Part shown: positions 59,660 to 64,000 of the stretch, one piece after another
How the letters are laid out: the number at the start of each line of letters is the position of its first letter
Position numbering within the stretch: position 1 is the stretch's first letter
DNA from: Sporopachydermia quercuum
Lineage: Eukaryota
Direction of reading: 5' to 3'
Assembly (NCBI GenBank): GCA_001599295.1
Contig: BCGN01000004.1
Location: 252,138 to 316,137 of the forward strand
Length of the DNA stretch: 64,000 bases
Made by a program: the position numbers and the translations under genes
The notes under the pieces: model-generated
Seen by the model: only the letters and a program-made list of their open reading frames with translations
Told to the model about the DNA's origin: nothing
Database searches by the model: none

Positions 59660-62050
59660 CTTGATATTTATTTCACAGCACCAAGTCTACAAACATTATT
59701 GCTTATCATTCATTATTCTTTTAATGCAAAGCAAAGTGTCTAAACGTGATGATATATCTCTTGTGAAATCAGGAGTATAATAGTTTCTCATGGTTTAGTA
59801 TTCAAACTTACAATGATCCTTTCCAGCACCAACATATATCCCGAATGGATCAAATTAAATTACTGTTATTTTGCAGGGGAGCTATTAACCACTCATTAAT
59901 TAATGAGGTTCAGCCAATACGGTGAAAGTACTGTACTTGAGAGGATACACAACAGGTATTTGCCAAATCAATTGCTTCCCATAAGATGGAACACAAACTC
60001 ACCCAAGTATATATTATATTCATCAACCAAATATTTTTTTACTTATGTGAGTTTTGATTGATGTCTATAAATAATAATAGCTACAACTCAGAATATAATA
60101 TAATTGACATTCTTGAATTGCAGATCTTATCTTATGAGGTCGTTGGACATATATTGGTTCACAAATCCTGTTTCTCAAAACAAATGTATACGAAAAGATC
60201 GAAGTTCATTCTTTTAGAACAAACATATAAACTTGGTCTTCCATGTTCAAAATTAACCACTGCCCTGTAGAAGCTAATTATCTATCTACTCACCATATTT
60301 GGATCAGCAGTCAATTTGGATGCTTGATAAAAAAAAAGATGGTGGGGAAAGCAGGAGAGGGTATATGATTTGAATGGCAAGTTCAGTTTCTTATTCTTTA
60401 TAATTTCTATTTATTTATTTATAGGATATTTTTGTTCTATATTATCCACTTCCAGAAGTTGTACTCGTATTTTGCAAGACTAGCAATCAAATGAGTAAAA
60501 TTGTCTGCTGCAGGTGTTAGTTAGTAGTTTGGCTATCATCGAGTTACCCGAGATACTACTAGGTTTGATTCGCAGCTGGATCAGTTAAGTTATTACAGTA
60601 ATAATTTAGGTTAGGTTTTCTCATTCATTGGAGTGTGTGAAATATGTACCACTTTGAAATTAGTTTGAGTAGAACAATATTATTTTATTGTGTTCTACTG
60701 TGTCATGAAGTGAAAATGCTGATATTGTGTCAGTAATTGTAACACTGAAGGTGTTAAACTTCCAGAAAACCCCGTTCACCTAGAGAGGGGAGTGAATAGT
60801 AAGATACCTGAGATTGAAGATAATGAATGCTAGATTTATACAACTTACAAGAGTTAATATAAATTGTATCATTTTAATTAAGCAATCTGTGTATTTTTTT
60901 CTCTTAGCCGTGCTCCTAGTATGGTCATTAGTGAAACTTGCAGGAATTTGGGTAAGTTGTGTGACCTGGTGAAAATTCACAAGTCACACGCACAGTCACA
61001 TATCATGAGAAGAATTATCGACTGGAGTGGAGTGCAGAGGGTTATATTACTTTCATCTACGTTGTGGTTATAGTAGAATTAGAATTAGAATTAAGTTAGT
61101 AATCAAGTGATCAGTGAACAATAGAGATTACTTATACAAATGGCGACTTCAAAGAATAAATATTGGCACTGCCGGTTGGATTTCAAGATCTTGGAGTACT
61201 GAATATATATAGGATCTAATTATAGCATCTTTTGCTACAATTACGCAACGGCCCTTTTCATTATTCGAATCAATGCACCCTGAAACTCATTATTTGACTC
61301 ATCCACCCTACTTTTCTCTGAGCGGAAAAATTCGGACCTCTCAATCATACCATATCTACTTCTAACAATAATTATCATCGTTTAGCAATGAAATACTCAT
61401 TATATTGTATTATACTATAAAATATTAAAGAGACGAAAAAGTGTGTCTAGTGTTCACTAAGGAAATAATGCCTGGGCCATCTTCAAAATAGTTGATGTTA
61501 ACAAAATAAGAATGTTAATTTGAAACCTGACGCTCAGTTTCCTATAATGATTAGGATGTTAAGCGTACCATGTCGGATAAAAATAAAATTAAACGAGCTT
61601 CCAAAATATCAAAATCGTGGATATTATTGTATTAAAACATATCGCTGAAATATTTATCGATAGAACTTGCAGATCAATGTATTTATTGTATAAAATTCTC
61701 CTGAGATTTCGAAGTGTCAATAGATCTCGAGAAGACCCCTATATCATCAAGTGTCGGCTCCTTAAATTGATTTGTATTTTCCTGCACAAAATTTTGTCTT
61801 TTCATATAAAAAATATCAATCAAGAAAAAGTGTCCTTCATACTCCAAACCAAAGTTATTGAAGGCATCAAAAGTGTAACTAGTTTAAATTTGGAGTAGAA
61901 TTCAGAGTCAGCAGTTCTAAGTTGATTGTTAGTTGTGACCCAGCTGCCAGGATCATCATGGTTGAGTGTACCCCGTTTTTAGATGGGATTTGGAGACAAC
62001 TTTGGTTTACAGCTCTAGCTGTGATAGTATGACGAAGGTATATTTGCAAA
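59660..62050 (-). mobile_element. Decayed Ty1/copia pol relic (integrase, RT, RNase H)
   Basis: PSKNGV (~61980), IVAKD, HNVDESN, YLG, FYRAVV, VNQYMSN (~60150), SGYMLVLE..VSLNTKP*ETIIL (~59840, cf. SGYxFxLGGxxVSWxSKxQxTVAL). Confidence 0.72.
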
Positions 62051-62494
62051 TCTTTATTTATCGCTACAGCTTCCAATCTCTTGCTCAATAAACTCATGGA
62101 TAACCTTTTTGTGCTCTTTTATTTTTTCTTGTCAATTATGTAAGAGTGCTCAATATCAGAGGTGATAAAATTCCCACTACAAACAGTATAACCCCCTTTT
62201 TTGTTTCTTCCTTTTTCTAACTGAATGGCAAGAATAGTCTTGATACAAACTAGTATTCAATTCTTTTTATTACGGGATGATGATCTCTACTTACTTTATA
62301 AAAATTAGAGTTATATAGTCACAAAAAGAAAATGATTGCTGAATATAATCTTCGTCCCGTGGGACTTATCCTTGAACAGTTCAACAAAGAAAGTGTTAGT
62401 TAGAGCGTCTCTTCTTTCTCATTTTGCGGCATTATCTTAAGGTGATCACTGTTGTCTCTTGTGATTAATTTAGTTCACCAGTCAGAGGGATCAA

Positions 62495-63994
62495 TCATGA
62501 ACTGGCTCTGGGTGACCTATGAAAGAGCTTTTTAACGGCCAAAGAAAAGTACCTTATTGATTCTGAAATTCCCTTCAAATTTCTTACTACCCCTTCATTT
62601 TCGTTTAGCCTGCGTAATAAATATTCCCTTGTCTCCTCAACTGGTCCCCAGGGAACATATTTTATAACCATTTCACCTTTATTACTCAAGTCCATACCTA
62701 TTTCATCGGCCATCCCCATTAATTGGGCAAAAACAACTTGCGAATCCAAACATGATCCCTTTCTTAGAGTTCTTCTATAATTCATCTGGTCAAGAGCGCG
62801 TTTAATAGATTGCTTGTTGTGGCCTGCAATAACCAAGTGGCCCATTTCTCTGTTGGCTATTGCTTTCAAAGAAAGCTCGATAGCAGTATCATAATTATTG
62901 TCTGTATCTGCCTTGGTCTTGTGTATGACTGTATCTCTGAAGGGTTCACTATCAATATATGCTCCACGAACTAACTTATACCCTACCCAGTATCTATTTT
63001 TACTAGTTATCGATTCCTGTATATCTTTGTTCAATCGTGATAAAGAATCTGTTAGATACATTTGAATTGTTCCGATCACATTTAACTTTTCGGGGCCTTC
63101 AGTATTGAATAACCTCATCATCTCTGTTTGGACGGCGTATACTCCATCCTGCAAGTCTCTCTTTTCTGCATCAAAACATATTATTATTCTTTGATGTGGA
63201 TTGTTTTCATTTATGAGCTTAACTTTCGAGCATATACTCCTGCAGACGTCTAGATAGTTTCTCCATTGCTTTTGATAGTCATCACGCTGATAATTCTTCA
63301 AAATTTCAGCAGCATTTGGAACTAATCCTGTAGGTTTCAAAGCAACGTAACTTGGAGGTTTACTTATTGAGGCGTTGTTATTATTGTGTTGCAAGCAGAT
63401 CCTTTCAATGGAATCTATAATGGTCCGAACACAATCAGCTTGTTCTATAGAACTGGTAGTTTTATTTGACCCTTCAGCATCCTCCACAGTGTAAGATATC
63501 ATCATATTTCTAAATCCTAAATTAAAAAGAAATCTGCCTTTTGTCAACACTTCACCATACGTTTCGCCTCCACAGTAAATTGGGTATACAATCCCTTTTA
63601 TGAGCCAGGCTGGTGACCGTTTCAATAAAATGATTGCTAATTTCAATAATGTCTTGGAGCTAGTAATTAAGCTCATTAAACTAAGGAGGAATAAATGCTC
63701 CTTCGTAAGTTGAGATAGATACTTTGCTCCAAATTCTGTACTTTCAGTATGAGACAAGAATGCATCTTCCTTTTGTTTCGATTGTCCTGGAAATTGTTCT
63801 TCACTTCGTGCATCTAGATGACTTTTGATGATAGAACGAGGACTAAAAGAGCTCCCAAGTGCTGGTAACGCATTATTTGATTGATGCAAAAAAGAGTTCT
63901 TATGTGAAACCATCACAAATCTAACTGGGGGTTGGCGTACGCGAATTGCATTTCCCGGTAGGTTGAATGGTCGAACTTGTCTGAGCCTATACAT
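62495..63994 (-). CDS. PUT1: Mitochondrial proline dehydrogenase
   Basis: YCGGE, YVALKPTGL, DAE, GTIQMYL, GYKLVRGAY, FAQLMGMAD, KYVPWGP..YLLRRL.EN. Confidence 0.95.
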   Translation of the reverse strand: MYRLRQVRPFNLPGNAIRVRQPPVRFVMVSHKNSFLHQSNNALPALGSSFSPRSIIKSHLDARSEEQFPGQSKQKEDAFLSHTESTEFGAKYLSQLTKEHLFLLSLMSLITSSKTLLKLAIILLKRSPAWLIKGIVYPIYCGGETYGEVLTKGRFLFNLGFRNMMISYTVEDAEGSNKTTSSIEQADCVRTIIDSIERICLQHNNNNASISKPPSYVALKPTGLVPNAAEILKNYQRDDYQKQWRNYLDVCRSICSKVKLINENNPHQRIIICFDAEKRDLQDGVYAVQTEMMRLFNTEGPEKLNVIGTIQMYLTDSLSRLNKDIQESITSKNRYWVGYKLVRGAYIDSEPFRDTVIHKTKADTDNNYDTAIELSLKAIANREMGHLVIAGHNKQSIKRALDQMNYRRTLRKGSCLDSQVVFAQLMGMADEIGMDLSNKGEMVIKYVPWGPVEETREYLLRRLNENEGVVRNLKGISESIRYFSLAVKKLFHRSPRASS

Positions 63995-64000
63995 TGAAAT

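Overview
Eukaryotic, budding-yeast-type (Saccharomycotina-like) chromosomal DNA; CTG appears to be read as Leu. I can support 18 protein genes: LAS17, TMA7, MCA1, YAK1, INN1, RPC31, ALF1, PGA2, LSM7, RGT1, SDD2/PDCD5, MGR2, ATG18, an arrestin adaptor, KAR5, probable AEP1, a PalI/RIM9-family gene and PUT1. Six are spliced and were rebuilt by hand from splice signals. Most of the apparently empty intergenic DNA translates, across many stops and frameshifts, into Ty1/copia pol motifs in the correct domain order. About 11 relics are visible; about five lie head-to-tail on the minus strand in the gene-free 51.5-62.1 kb block, a candidate retrotransposon-cluster centromere. Other signals are a decayed 25S rRNA fragment, long introns that fold back end-to-end (1.55 kb in LSM7), a 15-nt ATG18 microexon, a within-gene C-to-G skew gradient and patchy CCG/CGG enrichment. 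All calls come from manual reading and remembered family motifs; no searches were run, and relic boundaries are approximate.
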